DNA of 64,000 nucleotides from Phytobacter ursingii (GTDB lineage: Bacteria > Pseudomonadota > Gammaproteobacteria > Enterobacterales > Enterobacteriaceae). How positions within the stretch are numbered: position 1 is the first letter of the stretch; each line of letters begins with the position of its first letter. Of this stretch, positions 46,301 to 61,134 are shown one piece after another. The stretch lies in NCBI GenBank assembly GCA_901456055.1, contig CABDWT010000003.1, positions 5,352 to 69,351 of the forward strand. Direction: 5' to 3'. The notes below the pieces were generated by a model. That model searched no databases and had not been told where the DNA came from. It saw nothing but the letters and a program-made list of their open reading frames with translations. Position numbers and translations under genes: made by a program.

Positions 46301-47010
46301 TAGTAGGCTTCCGTGGTTTGCCCGGAAAGCGTACGCCCGGAAGCATCGGTAATGGTGCCGGAAATCATGATCGGCAGTTCGACGCCCAGCGCCTCAAACT
46401 CAGCTTTCACCGCGAAAATAGCGGCTTTTGCGTTCAGGGTATCGAATACCGTTTCGATCAGAATCAGGTCACTGCCACCTTCCACCAGCGCTTTGGTCGA
46501 TTCGCGATAGGCGGTGACCAGTTGATCAAAGGTGATATTACGGAACGCGGGATCATTAACATCCGGCGATATCGAGGCTGTACGGTTGGTTGGCCCAAGG
46601 ACACCGGCAACATAGCGCGGTTTATCCGGTGTGCGGGCAGTCCATTCATCGGCACACGCACGAGCGAGTCTGGCGGCCGCAAAGTTGATCTCCGCTGACA
46701 GGGATTCCATCTGGTAATCCGCCATCGCGATCGTTGTGGAGTTAAAGGTGTTGGTCTCAATGATATCCGCGCCCGCTGCAAAATAAGCGGAATGGATAGC
46801 GGCAATCACCTCCGGCTTTGTAATCACCAGCAGGTCATTGTTACCCTTGAGGTCGCAGGGCCAGTCAGCGAATCGCTCGCCGCGAAAATCCTGCTCACTG
46901 AGACGCTGATTCTGAATCATGGTGCCCATGCCCCCGTCCAGAACCAAAATTCGTTCTTTTAACTGCTGCTGCAGTTGCTCAACTTTGCTGCTCACACGTG
47001 CTCCCGACAA
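43312..47010 (-). CDS. metH: cobalamin-dependent methionine synthase
   Basis: 1232 aa with high identity to E. coli MetH. Confidence 0.95.
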   Translation of the reverse strand: MSGARVSSKVEQLQQQLKERILVLDGGMGTMIQNQRLSEQDFRGERFADWPCDLKGNNDLLVITKPEVIAAIHSAYFAAGADIIETNTFNSTTIAMADYQMESLSAEINFAAARLARACADEWTARTPDKPRYVAGVLGPTNRTASISPDVNDPAFRNITFDQLVTAYRESTKALVEGGSDLILIETVFDTLNAKAAIFAVKAEFEALGVELPIMISGTITDASGRTLSGQTTEAYYNSLRHADALTFGLNCALGPDELRQYVQELSRIAECYVTAHPNAGLPNAFGEYDLDADTMAAQIREWAESGFLNVVGGCCGTTPDHIKAMSDAVAGLPPRKLPAIPVACRLAGLEPLNIGDDSLFVNVGERTNVTGSAKFKRLIKEEKYNEALDVARQQVENGAQIIDINMDEGMLDAEAAMVRFLNLIAGEPDIARVPIMIDSSKWDVIEKGLKCIQGKGIVNSISMKEGVEAFIHHAKLVRRYGAAVVVMAFDEVGQADTRERKIEICRRAYNILTKEVGFPPEDIIFDPNIFAVATGIEEHNNYAQDFIGACEDIKRELPHALISGGVSNVSFSFRGNDPVREAIHAVFLYYAIRNGMDMGIVNAGQLAIYDDLPTELRDAVEDVILNRRDDSTERLLDLAEKYRGSKTDDTANAQQAEWRTWDVKKRLEYSLVKGITEFIEEDTEEARQQAARPIEVIEGPLMDGMNVVGDLFGEGKMFLPQVVKSARVMKQAVAYLEPFIEASKEKGSSNGKMVIATVKGDVHDIGKNIVGVVLQCNNYEIVDLGVMVPTDKILKTAREVNADLIGLSGLITPSLDEMVNVAKEMERQGFTIPLLIGGATTSKAHTAVKIEQNYSGPTVYVQNASRTVGVVSALLSDTQRDDFVARTRKEYETVRIQHGRKKPRTPPVTLEAARENDLAFDWQSYTPPVAHRLGVQEVEASIETLRNYIDWTPFFMTWSLAGKYPRILEDEIVGEEAQRLFKDANDMLDQLSATKALNPRGVVGLFPANRVGDDVEIYRDETRTQVLAVSRHLRQQTEKVGFANYCLADFVAPKLSGKEDYIGAFAVTGGLEEDALAEAYDAQHDDYNKIMVKAVADRLAEAFAEYLHERVRKVYWGYAANENLSNEELIRENYQGIRPAPGYPACPEHTEKGTIWQLLDVETHTGMKLTESFAMWPGASVSGWYFSHPDSKYFAVAQIQRDQVEDYALRKGMSVAEVERWLAPNLGYDAD

Positions 47011-47188
47011 CGCTCAACCAGGCCAAAAGGCCAGCAGGACATACTGGCACAAACTGACAGAGCGGAAAAGGCACACAGGGGTAACATGAGAGATGTTCAT
47101 TTGAACTCATCCGATCAGTCTGCGTCAGTGTTGCATTATAATTAAATAAAACGAAAATGATTTCCACGATACAGAAAAGGAGTCAGCC

Positions 47189-48022
47189 ATGGTTGCCACT
47201 GTCCCCGCTAAACGCGGCAGAAAACCCGCCGCCCCCGCCGCTCAGGCTACCGGGCAAGTCCAGTCTCTGACGCGTGGACTCAAACTGCTTGAGTCAATCG
47301 CCGAATCCCCCGGTAGCGTTGCGCTCACCGAGCTGGCGCAACAGGCCGGCCTGCCCAACTCCACCACCCACCGTCTGCTCACGACCATGCAACAGCTTGG
47401 CTTTGTACGACAGGTAGGCGAACTCGGTCACTGGTCCGTTGGCGCCCACGCGTTTATCGTCGGCAGCAGCTTTTTGCAAAGCCGCAATCTGATGGCGATT
47501 GTCCATCCAATCCTGCGCAAGTTGATGGAGGATTCCGGCGAGACGGTCAACCTGGCGGTGCTCGACCAAAGCGATCATCAGGCCATAATTATAGACCAGG
47601 TGCAGTGTACCCAATTGATGCGCATGTCCGCGCCCATTGGCGGGAAGCTGCCGATGCACGCTTCCGGCGCGGGTAAGGCGTTCCTCGCGTATTTAAACGA
47701 TGACCAGGTCTCCGGCCTGCTGCACCGCAAAGGGCTGCATGCTTACACCCATGCTACGCTGGTGTCCCCGGTACACCTGAAAGAAGATCTCGCCCAGACG
47801 CGTAAGCGCGGTTACTCCTTTGATGATGAAGAACATGCCCTTGGCCTGCGCTGCGTCGCCGCCTGCATTTATGATGAACATGGCGTACCGTTTGCCGCGA
47901 TTTCCATTTCCGGGCCGATTTCCCGCATCACCGATGATCGGGTCACTGAGCTGGGCGCGCTGGTGATCAAAGGGGCCAAAGAGGTGACCATCGCCTGGGG
48001 TGGGATGCGACAAAATGGCTGA
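47189..48022 (+). CDS. iclR: glyoxylate shunt repressor IclR
   Basis: High identity to E. coli IclR. Confidence 0.9.
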   Translation: MVATVPAKRGRKPAAPAAQATGQVQSLTRGLKLLESIAESPGSVALTELAQQAGLPNSTTHRLLTTMQQLGFVRQVGELGHWSVGAHAFIVGSSFLQSRNLMAIVHPILRKLMEDSGETVNLAVLDQSDHQAIIIDQVQCTQLMRMSAPIGGKLPMHASGAGKAFLAYLNDDQVSGLLHRKGLHAYTHATLVSPVHLKEDLAQTRKRGYSFDDEEHALGLRCVAACIYDEHGVPFAAISISGPISRITDDRVTELGALVIKGAKEVTIAWGGMRQNG

Positions 48023-48428
48023 CCTGAAATCATACTGGCAGGATAAATACCCTTCTGCTCTTTGCTGGTCGTTCGGTGATTCACCGGAACTGGCCGATGA
48101 GCTGGCGGCCCTGGTCGTTGCAGGGAAAAAGCGCGGGACCTGCGGCTCGTTTGCCAGCTATCAGCAAGAACAACCGCCCGTGACGCCTGGCGCATATCAC
48201 ATTGTGCTGGACGGCAAAGGTAAAGCGGTCTGCGTGATTCGAACCCTGGCGCTCAGGCTCATCCGTTTTAACGAAATGAGCCCCGAGTTCGCGGCGCTGG
48301 AAGGTGAAGGTGATTTGAGCCTGGCTTACTGGCAATCGGCGCATCAGGCCTTCTTTGAACGTGAAGGCACATGGACCGCGGATATGGAGCTGATTTTTGA
48401 GGAGTTTGCCGTCGTCGAGGTGGCCTGA
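48015..48428 (+). CDS. ASCH-domain protein
   Basis: 137 aa starting MADLKSYWQDKYPSALCWSFGDSPELADELAALVVAGKKRGT... It overlaps the iclR stop by 8 nt. Confidence 0.55.
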   Translation: MADLKSYWQDKYPSALCWSFGDSPELADELAALVVAGKKRGTCGSFASYQQEQPPVTPGAYHIVLDGKGKAVCVIRTLALRLIRFNEMSPEFAALEGEGDLSLAYWQSAHQAFFEREGTWTADMELIFEEFAVVEVA

Positions 48429-48442
48429 ATCAGGATGCCGGT

Positions 48443-50185
48443 TTACCCCGCCTGCTGCAGGTTGCCGTAGCGAACGCAAAAGCGCTGGCGGCGACGGTAG
48501 GCATAAACGTCTTCCACATGGCCGTTTTTGATTCGTGCCTGCAGGCCTCGCCAGTAATCAGCACGCAGCAGATCGGCATGCATCTCTTCAAACAGGGGGC
48601 CAATTTCCGGATCGGCGCACAACCAGTGGCGGAACTCTTCCGGGAAAACATCTCCTGGCGCAACGCTGTACCAGGGTTCGGCACTCAATTCATCTTCCGG
48701 ATAACGCGGCGGCGGTATATCACGGAAATTTACCTCCGTCATATAACAGATCTCGTCATAATCGTAGAACACCACACGCCCGTGACGGGTCACGCCGAAG
48801 TTTTTAAACAGCATATCGCCGGGAAAAATATTCGCCGCAGCAAGCTGACGGATGGCGTTACCATACTCTTCCACCGCATCGCGCAACTGCGAACCGCGTA
48901 CCCGCTCAAACCAGATATTGAGCGGCACCATCCGGCGCTCGATATAGAGGTGGCTGATTGAAATACGATCCCCAAGGTCAGTGATTTTCTGCGGCGCCTC
49001 CTGGAGCAATAGCGCCATTAACGCCGGATCAATCTGCCGCTTTTCCAGAACAAAGTGTTCAAACTCCTGCGTATCCGCCATTCGCCCGACGCGATCATGC
49101 TCCTTCACCAGCTGATAGCAGGCGCGCACATGCGCCGCGCTCATCTCTTTTTGTGGCGGAAATTTATCTTTGATGATCTTAAAGACCCGATCGAAGCCCG
49201 GCAGCGTGAAGACCAGCATCACCATGCCGCGAATGCCCGGCGCCTCAACAAACTGTTCGTCCGAGGCATGAATATAGTTCAGGTATTCGCGATAGCTTTC
49301 CGTCTTACCGTGTTTCTGGCAGCCAATGGCCATATAGAGTTCGGCGGTGGTTTTTCCCGGCAGGATCTCCCGTAGCCACTCGACGGTGGCCGCGGGAAGC
49401 GGGGCATATACCATAAAATAGGAGCGAGCAAAGCCGAAGACAATACTCGCTTCCGCGTGCGAGGTCAGGCAGGTATCGACAAACAACTCGCCTTCGTCGG
49501 TACGATGAATCGGCAACAGGAAGGGAAGCGTGCCCGCAGGAGTGATCAATTTACCCACTAACCACGCCGCTTTATTACGGTAAAACAGCTCGTTTGCGGC
49601 CTGCAAATGAGACTGACGCAGCGTATCTGCGCCAAACGTCTCTGTCAGGTGAGTAATGATATAACCCACATCCCGTGCTTTATCCTGCCAGGGCAGGCGA
49701 AGCGGCAAATCGGATAAAACCTTGGTTAACAGGGATTCCCAGCCACGCTCTGGCCAAAAGTCTTTTGCCAGCGGGCGCGGAATGGTGCGAAAGCGCCGTT
49801 CTGGCTGCGAGCTAAAAATAAACAGACGCTCGGGGCTAAGCGAGCGGTGATCGAACAAGCGACAGTAGACGGAGTTAAAAAAACTCTCCGCAATTTCGAA
49901 GCGCGGATAGTCCGGCAAAAGGTGGGTGTAATGCGCTTTCACCCGCAGCAGAAATTCGGCGTCCGGCCGCTGACTGTCGGTGATACAGCGTAGCTGTTCC
50001 ACAACCAGCCCAACGTGGTGATCATAAAGATGAATACGCTGCTTCATCGCCTGCTGAACGGCGTGCCAGTCAGCCAGTTCGAAACGCTGCTGTGCGCCAG
50101 CAGTGACTTCCAGAAAGCGTCCGTATTGCGCGTCGAAACCTTGCAGGATGGTTTGTGCAATCAGTAATTCCAGACCACGTGACAT
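48443..50185 (-). CDS. aceK: isocitrate dehydrogenase kinase/phosphatase
   Basis: [24 protein letters not shown]... matches E. coli AceK. Confidence 0.9.
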   Translation of the reverse strand: MSRGLELLIAQTILQGFDAQYGRFLEVTAGAQQRFELADWHAVQQAMKQRIHLYDHHVGLVVEQLRCITDSQRPDAEFLLRVKAHYTHLLPDYPRFEIAESFFNSVYCRLFDHRSLSPERLFIFSSQPERRFRTIPRPLAKDFWPERGWESLLTKVLSDLPLRLPWQDKARDVGYIITHLTETFGADTLRQSHLQAANELFYRNKAAWLVGKLITPAGTLPFLLPIHRTDEGELFVDTCLTSHAEASIVFGFARSYFMVYAPLPAATVEWLREILPGKTTAELYMAIGCQKHGKTESYREYLNYIHASDEQFVEAPGIRGMVMLVFTLPGFDRVFKIIKDKFPPQKEMSAAHVRACYQLVKEHDRVGRMADTQEFEHFVLEKRQIDPALMALLLQEAPQKITDLGDRISISHLYIERRMVPLNIWFERVRGSQLRDAVEEYGNAIRQLAAANIFPGDMLFKNFGVTRHGRVVFYDYDEICYMTEVNFRDIPPPRYPEDELSAEPWYSVAPGDVFPEEFRHWLCADPEIGPLFEEMHADLLRADYWRGLQARIKNGHVEDVYAYRRRQRFCVRYGNLQQAG

Positions 50186-50189
50186 AGAT

Positions 50190-50282
50190 TCCCCCTCGCC
50201 CTCTCCCCGATAAGGAGAGGGCGAAAAACAGACCTGCGCCAAACCGCCCCTTCTCCCCTCAGGGGAGAGGGGTGAGGGGGAA
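50190..50282. repeat. GC-rich palindromic intergenic repeat (two hairpins + GGTGAGGGGG), aceA-aceK junction
   Basis: A perfect 10-bp hairpin CGCCCTCTCC-ccgataa-GGAGAGGGCG is followed by CCTTCTCCCC-tca-GGGGAGAGG and then GGTGAGGGGG. It belongs to the same family as 16186-16270. Confidence 0.65.
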
Positions 50283-50286
50283 AAGA

Positions 50287-51591
50287 TTAGAACTGTGCTT
50301 CTTCAGTTGACCCGGTTAACGCGGTAACAGAGGACGCCCCGCCCTGAATGATGGTGGTCACTTTATCGAAGTAGCCCGTGCCCACCTCCTGCTGGTGAGA
50401 AACGAAGGTGTAGCCCTCTTTGGCGGCGGCAAACTCCGGCTGCTGTACTTTTTCAACGTAGTGCCGCATCCCTTCACCCTGCGCATAGGCATGTGCGAGG
50501 TCGAACATGTTGAACCACATGCTGTGAATGCCCGCCAGGGTAATAAACTGATATTTGTAACCCATCTCCGACAACTGCTGCTGGAAACTGGCAATGGTTT
50601 TGTCGTCCAGGTTTTTCTGCCAGTTGAAGGACGGTGAGCAGTTATACGCCAGCAGTTTGCCCGGGAATTTCGCATGAATTGCATCGGCAAAGCGTTTCGC
50701 CAGCGCCAGATCGGGTGTTGAGGTTTCACACCATACCAGGTCGGCGTACGGCGCATATGCCAGACCACGGCTAATGGCCTGTTCGATCCCGGCGCGGGTA
50801 CGGTAGAATCCTTCGCTGGTGCGCTCGCCAGTGATGAACTCGCTGTCATAGGGGTCGCAATCGGAGGTAATCAGGTCCGCAGCATCCGCATCGGTACGGG
50901 CAATAACCAGCGTCGGTACGCCCATGACATCCGCCGCCAGACGCGCGGCCACCAGTTTTTGAATCGCCTCTTGCGTCGGGACCAGCACTTTCCCACCCAT
51001 ATGACCGCATTTTTTCACCGACGCCAGCTGATCTTCGAAGTGAACGGCCGCTGCACCGGCTTCAATCATCGATTTCATCAGTTCAAAGGCGTTCAATACG
51101 CCGCCAAACCCGGCTTCGGCATCCGCCACGATCGGCAGGAAATAATCGGTGTAGCGCGGATCGTTTGGTTCAATACCCGCTGACCATTGGATCTGATCCG
51201 CACGGCGGAAGGTATTGTTGATCCGATCGACCACAGCCGGAACGGAGTTGGCCGGGTAGAGCGATTGATCCGGATACATGCTGGAGGCCAGGTTCGCATC
51301 TGCCGCCACCTGCCAGCCCGACAGATAAATCGCTTCGATGCCTGCTTTTGCCTGTTGCAATGCCTGCCCGCCCGTCAGTGCGCCAAGGCTGTTGATATAG
51401 CCTTTTTTCGCCTCACCATGCAGCAGACGCCACATTTTGGCTGCGCCCATCTGCGCCAGCGTGCATTCCGGGTTCACCGAGCCACGTAATTTCACCACCT
51501 CTTCCGCGCTATAAGGACGCGTGATGCCTTCCCAGCGAGGGTTAGTCCATTCTTTTTTCAGTTCTTCGATTTGTTGGGTACGGGTTTTCAT
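50287..51591 (-). CDS. aceA: isocitrate lyase
   Basis: [15 protein letters not shown]... matches E. coli AceA. Confidence 0.95.
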   Translation of the reverse strand: MKTRTQQIEELKKEWTNPRWEGITRPYSAEEVVKLRGSVNPECTLAQMGAAKMWRLLHGEAKKGYINSLGALTGGQALQQAKAGIEAIYLSGWQVAADANLASSMYPDQSLYPANSVPAVVDRINNTFRRADQIQWSAGIEPNDPRYTDYFLPIVADAEAGFGGVLNAFELMKSMIEAGAAAVHFEDQLASVKKCGHMGGKVLVPTQEAIQKLVAARLAADVMGVPTLVIARTDADAADLITSDCDPYDSEFITGERTSEGFYRTRAGIEQAISRGLAYAPYADLVWCETSTPDLALAKRFADAIHAKFPGKLLAYNCSPSFNWQKNLDDKTIASFQQQLSEMGYKYQFITLAGIHSMWFNMFDLAHAYAQGEGMRHYVEKVQQPEFAAAKEGYTFVSHQQEVGTGYFDKVTTIIQGGASSVTALTGSTEEAQF

Positions 51592-51748
51592 GTGCAGATG
51601 CTCCATATTATCGTCCTGGCTTCCCAGGCGTTATTGGTGAAGGCAGTTTGGTCACGGGAAGCCGCGCAAAAACCGGAGCATACGTAAAGTACGTGAGGAT
51701 TTTGAGCACTGCCCGGGGCCAAAATGGCGAACAAAATAGCCTGGGCCA

Positions 51749-53350
51749 TTACGCCAGCAGGCGGTAACCTGGCAACGTCAGGAAGTCGATTAACTCATCT
51801 GAGGTGGTGATCTGTTCCATCAGGCGCGCAGCATCGTCGAAACGGCCGCTACTAAAGCGGTGCTCGCCCAGCTCTTCCTGAATGACCAGCATCTCTTCGG
51901 CCAGCATTTGACGGAACAAGGCCTTCGTAACCGGCTTGCCGTTGCTGAGCGTTTTCTCGTGATGGATCCACTGCCAGATTGATGTGCGCGAGATTTCAGC
52001 CGTTGCCGCATCTTCCATCAGGCCGTAAATCGGTACGCAGCCGTTGCCGGAGATCCAGGCTTCGATGTACTGGACGGCCACGCGAATATTGGCGCGCATC
52101 CCCTCTTCTGTACGTTCGCCATCGCAGGCCGCCAGCAGTTGATCTGCCGTCGTGGGCGCATCATTTTCGCGAGTAACCGTCAGTTGATTTTTGTTATCAC
52201 CCAATACCTCGTTAAAGACAGCCATGGCGGTATCTGCCAGTCCCGGATGCGCAATCCATGTGCCGTCATGGCCATTGCTGGCTTCCAGCAGCTTGTCCGC
52301 TTTTACTTTATTGAGTACCTGGTTGTTCCGTTCAGCATCTTTGCTGGGAATAAAGGCCGCCATGCCGCCCATGGCAAACGCACCACGACGGTGACAGGTT
52401 TTAATCAGCAGCCGTGAATAGGCACTCAGGAACGGTTTATCCATCGTTACCACCTGACGATCGGGCAGCACACGGTCAGGGTGATTTTTTAATGTCTTGA
52501 TATAGCTAAAGATGTAATCCCAACGGCCACAGTTCAGACCAACAATGTGATCGCGCAGCGCATAGAGGATTTCATCCATCTGGAAGACGGCAGGCAGTGT
52601 CTCAATCAACAGGGTGGCCTTGATGGTGCCGCGCGGCAGATCGAAACGGTCTTCGGCATAGCAAAATACTTCGCTCCACCATGCCGCTTCCTGCCACGCC
52701 TGCGTCTTCGGCAGATAAAAGTAAGGACCGCTGCCTTTTGCCAGCAACGCTTTATGGTTGTGGAAGAAATAGAGCGCAAAGTCAAAGAGACTGCCGGGGA
52801 TGGCTTCGCCACGCCAGGTGACATGTTTTTCTGGCAGGTGCAGGCCACGGACACGGCAAATCAGCACCGCCGGATCGGGTTTGAGTTGGTAGATTTTTCC
52901 GGCTTCGTTGGTATAGCTGATAGTGCCATTCACTGCATCACGCAGGTTCATTTGCCCATCAATCACTTTATCCCAGTCCGGTGAAAGGGAGTCTTCGAAA
53001 TCCGCCATAAAAACTTTCACGTTGGCATTGAGCGCATTGATCACCATCTTGCGCTCAACCGGCCCGGTTATCTCAACACGGCGATCCTGCAAATCCTGTG
53101 GAATACCGCGAATCGTCCAGTCACCTTCACGAATGGAATTGGTTTCCGAAATAAAATCAGGCAGCTTACCGTTGTCGATATCCTGCTGCTGTTGCATACG
53201 CGCGGCCAGTAACTTATTGCGCTGTGGCGTAAAGCGTGTCACCAACTCAGTAAGGAATTCGACCGCTTCCGGGGTCAGAATCTGCTTTTCCATTTCGCCA
53301 TGAGGCTTATTAAAAGCCAATCCGCCTGTCGTCGTTGCCTGTTGTGTCAT
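51749..53350 (-). CDS. aceB: malate synthase A
   Basis: MTQQATTTGGLAFNKPHGEMEKQILT... matches E. coli AceB. A GAGGAG ribosome-binding site is present. Confidence 0.95.
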   Translation of the reverse strand: MTQQATTTGGLAFNKPHGEMEKQILTPEAVEFLTELVTRFTPQRNKLLAARMQQQQDIDNGKLPDFISETNSIREGDWTIRGIPQDLQDRRVEITGPVERKMVINALNANVKVFMADFEDSLSPDWDKVIDGQMNLRDAVNGTISYTNEAGKIYQLKPDPAVLICRVRGLHLPEKHVTWRGEAIPGSLFDFALYFFHNHKALLAKGSGPYFYLPKTQAWQEAAWWSEVFCYAEDRFDLPRGTIKATLLIETLPAVFQMDEILYALRDHIVGLNCGRWDYIFSYIKTLKNHPDRVLPDRQVVTMDKPFLSAYSRLLIKTCHRRGAFAMGGMAAFIPSKDAERNNQVLNKVKADKLLEASNGHDGTWIAHPGLADTAMAVFNEVLGDNKNQLTVTRENDAPTTADQLLAACDGERTEEGMRANIRVAVQYIEAWISGNGCVPIYGLMEDAATAEISRTSIWQWIHHEKTLSNGKPVTKALFRQMLAEEMLVIQEELGEHRFSSGRFDDAARLMEQITTSDELIDFLTLPGYRLLA

Positions 53351-53450
53351 TGTGCTGCTCCTCATCGTTGATCCGCGTACACTCCCCAACGCGAACGAAA
53401 GATCGTTGTATGGTTTTCGTTCAGCACAATTAAGACTACTCATTTAATTT

Positions 53451-53478
53451 TCAAAATCAAAAACAATTTCCATTTTAA
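53451..53478 (-). promoter_or_regulatory. putative IclR operator in aceBAK promoter
   Basis: Minus strand AAAATGGAAATTGTTTTTGATTTTG resembles the E. coli aceB IclR box. Confidence 0.5.
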
Positions 53479-53551
53479 TTTAAAAATACACTTAACTTAC
53501 TGATAAAAATGAATTTAAAATTTAACGGCCTGGTGGAGAGATTTTCAGATA

Positions 53552-53576
53552 TGAAAAAGGCACCCGAAGGTGCCTG
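53552..53576 (-). terminator. metA terminator
   Basis: Minus-strand AGGCACC-ttcg-GGTGCCT followed by TTTTTCAT. Confidence 0.55.
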
Positions 53577-53615
53577 AAAAGGGATGCTGAAACGCTTTAG
53601 GATCTGACTGAAACG

Positions 53616-54545
53616 TTAATCCAGCGTTGGGTTCATGTGGCTCAGATCGAACGGCGTAATCTGGTAAACGTAGTAGTTCAGCCAGTTGGTAAATAGCAGA
53701 TTGCCATGGCTACGCCATGTCGCATGTGGCTTGTTCCGGGGATCATTTTTCGGGAAATAGTTATACGGGATGTCCGGTGACAACCCGGCCTCAACATCAC
53801 GGAAATATTCCCCCGCCAGGGTATTGGCGTCGTACTCAGGATGACCGGTAACAAAGGCGATACGCTTATCTTTACTGGCAAACAGATAGGCATCGCCCTG
53901 ATCGGTCTCAGCCAGGATTTCCAGGTCGGTATAGTCACGAATCAGTGCCGCCGGGAAATCAGCATAGCGTGAGTGCGGCGCGAGGAAAGTATCATCAAAA
54001 CCACGCGTCAGCAGAGCATGTGGATGCAAAATGTGATGCTCGTAGACGCCGGACAGCTTTTCACTGCGGGTTTGCTTCGGAATACCGTAAAGGATGTTCA
54101 GTGCAGCTTGCACCGCCCAACAGACAAACAGCGTGGAGGTGACATGGTCTTTTGCCCACTCCAGTACCTGTTTGATCTGCGGCCAGTAGGCAACGTCGTT
54201 AAATTCGACCAGGCCCAGGGGCGCGCCGGTTACGATCAAACCATCGAAATTCTCTTCACTGATTTCATCAAAGTTGCAGTAGAAGTTGTTGAGATGTTCC
54301 GTCGGCGTATTGCGTGATTCACGGGCGTCAATACGCAGTAACTTGATATCCACCTGCAATGGCGAGTTGGAGAGTAACCGCAAAAATTGGTTCTCTGTCT
54401 CTATCTTCTTTGGCATCAGGTTGAGGATAAGCACCTTGAGCGGACGAATTTCCTGACCTGTAGCACGCGATGTCGTCATCACAAAGACATTTTCATCACG
54501 CAAGAAATTGACGGCTGGTAGCTCGTCCTGCACCCGAATCGGCAT
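53616..54545 (-). CDS. metA: homoserine O-succinyltransferase
   Basis: 309 aa. [28 protein letters not shown]... matches E. coli MetA. Confidence 0.95.
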   Translation of the reverse strand: MPIRVQDELPAVNFLRDENVFVMTTSRATGQEIRPLKVLILNLMPKKIETENQFLRLLSNSPLQVDIKLLRIDARESRNTPTEHLNNFYCNFDEISEENFDGLIVTGAPLGLVEFNDVAYWPQIKQVLEWAKDHVTSTLFVCWAVQAALNILYGIPKQTRSEKLSGVYEHHILHPHALLTRGFDDTFLAPHSRYADFPAALIRDYTDLEILAETDQGDAYLFASKDKRIAFVTGHPEYDANTLAGEYFRDVEAGLSPDIPYNYFPKNDPRNKPHATWRSHGNLLFTNWLNYYVYQITPFDLSHMNPTLD

Positions 54546-54559
54546 AACTTATATCCTCA

Positions 54560-54590
54560 CTGCATACGTTTAAACGTTTAGACATCCAGA
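54560..54590 (-). promoter_or_regulatory. possible degenerate MetJ met-box repeats in metA promoter
   Basis: The minus strand has tandem 8-mers GATGTCTA AACGTTTA AACGTATG, which only partly match AGACGTCT. Confidence 0.3.
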
Positions 54591-54690
54591 TAGCTGACAA
54601 TACCCAGGAATAGCCGTGTTGTCGAGTCTGCATGTTCAAGGTGAGAAAGTTTCACGTCACGATAAGCACACCTGGTCGCTGGCATGCGGA

Positions 54691-55128
54691 TCAGCTGATT
54701 ATCTTCGCTCCTCTGGCCGGTTTTTGCGCGCGAGGAGCAGCTTCATTCCAACCTCGCAGAGTCGCCAGCACTTCCTCGTCGCTTAGCAGGGTTTCACTGT
54801 CGATAACCTTCGGGTATTGGCATTTCCCGTGCGAGGCACCAAATGTCATTTCAAGTATTGCCCGTTCTTCTACCGCCGACAAACCACCTTCGTTCATTTC
54901 CAGCGCATGCGTGAGAATGTCTAAACGCCCCACCCACGGGATAAAATGCATGAAAGTTCGCGGAGCCACCTGCTGGATAAGATGTGCCAGGAAACCTTCC
55001 GCCTCGAAAAAGTTAGCGATGATGATGCGTTGGTTACTGAATACATGATTGCCGGAGGCTTGTTGCCGGGTCGTGAGATTCCGCACAACCATGCGGTTTT
55101 GGTAAAGTTGAACATAGAGAGCAGTCAT
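54691..55128 (-). CDS. yjaA: YjaA-like stress-response protein
   Basis: It lies between metA and the rrn operon, as yjaA does in E. coli. The identification rests on the conserved core block …ASGNH…QR.II.NFF…GF.A.LI.QVAPR..MHFIPWVGRLDILTHALEMNEGGLSA… and on position. Confidence 0.5.
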   Translation of the reverse strand: MTALYVQLYQNRMVVRNLTTRQQASGNHVFSNQRIIIANFFEAEGFLAHLIQQVAPRTFMHFIPWVGRLDILTHALEMNEGGLSAVEERAILEMTFGASHGKCQYPKVIDSETLLSDEEVLATLRGWNEAAPRAQKPARGAKIIS

Positions 55129-55230
55129 AGCCAGATCCTTTAGCAATACAGAGAATAAAGACAGAATTAACAATAGCAAAAAAGCCCCACGCTTTCGCAT
55201 GAGGCTTTTCTGGTAAGGTGTTTGCAGAGG

Positions 55231-55262
55231 GTAAAAACGCAAAAAGCCCATCCGTCAGGATG
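55231..55262 (-). terminator. rrn operon terminator
   Basis: Minus-strand AAGCCCATCC-tgac-GGATGGGCTT followed by TTTGCGTTTTT. Confidence 0.65.
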
Positions 55263-55279
55263 GGCTTCTTACTGGTTTG

Positions 55280-55399
55280 ATGCCTGGCAGTTCCCTACTC
55301 TCACATGGGGAGACCCCACACTACCATCGGCGCTACGGCGTTTCACTTCTGAGTTCGGCATGGGGTCAGGTGGGACCACCGCGCTAAAGCCGCCAGGCA
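55280..55399 (-). rRNA. rrf: 5S ribosomal RNA
   Basis: Reverse complement matches E. coli 5S (TGCCTGGCGGC...GCCAGGCAT), 120 nt. Confidence 0.95.
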
Positions 55400-55592
55400 A
55401 ATTCTGTGCTCTGTCCTGTGTCTTTTGTGCTGATACTGCGTTGGCTGCTCTCGTAAAGTCAGTCACATACCTCAGTATGCTCCTTCCTTTCCTTCGCTGG
55501 CCGCCTTGTCTCAGCGCAAAATCCTTCGGACTCTGAATCTAAGCTGAATATTGTTCGTCTTCTCAATTCCGCCAAAACATCTTCGGCGTTGT

Positions 55593-58494
<2,902 letters not shown>

Positions 58495-58700
58495 TCACAA
58501 CCCGAAGATGTTTCTTTCGATTCATCCTCGCGCTGTAAAAATTTGAGAGACTCGAACACACCGTCATCTGTTCTTATTACGGAGAACAGACACTGTGTGT
58601 CGTTTCAATTTTCAGCTTGATCCAGATTTTTAAAGAGCAAAACTTCGCAGTGCACCTTTTCAGGTTCACTCTGAAGTTTTCTTGTGTTCGCAGTAAATGA

Positions 58701-58776
58701 TGGTGGAGCTATGCGGGATCGAACCGCAGACCTCCTGCGTGCAAAGCAGGCGCTCTCCCAGCTGAGCTATAGCCCC
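58701..58776 (-). tRNA. tRNA-Ala (UGC), 16S-23S spacer
   Basis: Reverse complement equals GGGGCTATAGCTCAGCTGGGAGAGCGCCTGCTTTGCACGCAGGAGGTCTGCGGTTCGATCCCGCATAGCTCCACCA. Confidence 0.95.
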
Positions 58777-58882
58777 ATCGTGGTCAAATCTCGTTAACCG
58801 TAATTTTCCTGAGACAAGGCGTGGAATAACGAAGCATACTCAGGTATGCGGGTTATTTCACAACGCAGTATTCAGGAAAATT

Positions 58883-58959
<77 letters not shown>

Positions 58960-59029
58960 GCAGAGATTTTTTACTGCTGTATTTCATCAGACAATCTGTG
59001 TGAGCACTGCAAAGGCAGGTTCTTTAAGG

Positions 59030-60571
<1,542 letters not shown>

Positions 60572-60699
60572 AAAAGTTTGATGCTCTTAGAATTAAACTT
60601 CGTAATGAATTACGTGTTCACTCCAGAGACTTGGTATTCATTTATTGTCCGAAGACATTAAGAATCCATGTCACTTTGAGTGCCCACACAGATTGTCTG

Positions 60700-60900
60700 A
60701 TAAATTGTTAAAGAGCAGTGCAACGCGGCTTTCGCTCACCGTTGCGAGGTGGCGTATATTACGCTTTCCTCTTTCAGAGTCAACCCGTTATTTCAGGATT
60801 TTTCTCTTCAACCGAACCGGCTGTTTGTGTGAAGTGATTCACATCTGCCGTGTCGATGGAGGCGCATTATAGGGAGTTCCCGCGCATCCGCAATAGAAAA
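60700..60900 (-). promoter_or_regulatory. rrn leader and promoters: boxA antiterminator, P2 and P1
   Basis: Minus strand carries boxA TGCTCTTTAACAA (60706-60718). P2 has TTGACT -35 and TAATAT -10 (about 60756-60782). P1 has a TATAAT -10 (60865-60870) within ...GGGAACTCCCTATAATGCGCC, matching the rrn P1 discriminator region. Confidence 0.6.
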
Positions 60901-61010
60901 ATTGCAGAAAAATGACTGACTGCTGCATTCCACAGCAAAAGCCCGCCTTATACCCTTTTGCACACAGACTTATCCACAATGCTGCGAAAAAGTGAAAATT
61001 CGCGAGCGTT

Positions 61011-61026
61011 GCGCAAACGTTTTCGT
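61011..61026 (+). promoter_or_regulatory. PurR box in purHD promoter
   Basis: GCGCAAACGTTTTCGT matches the palindromic PurR operator (ACGCAAACGTTTGCGT). It sits at the same position as the E. coli purH PurR box. Confidence 0.7.
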
Positions 61027-61134
61027 TAAAATGCCCCCGCTAAAACAAGGATGCCCCGTTAGGGGCGTTAGCTGAGTTTTTTGATGAAAATTCAGCTAAC
61101 GCTCTCTGTAATCGTCAAATCCAGGGGATTTACC

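Noticed and set aside
54632-55048. 138-aa plus-strand ORF that might represent yjaB
   Set aside because: It overlaps the yjaA-like gene antisense and has no GNAT motifs (no Q/RxxGxG/A). It is probably spurious.
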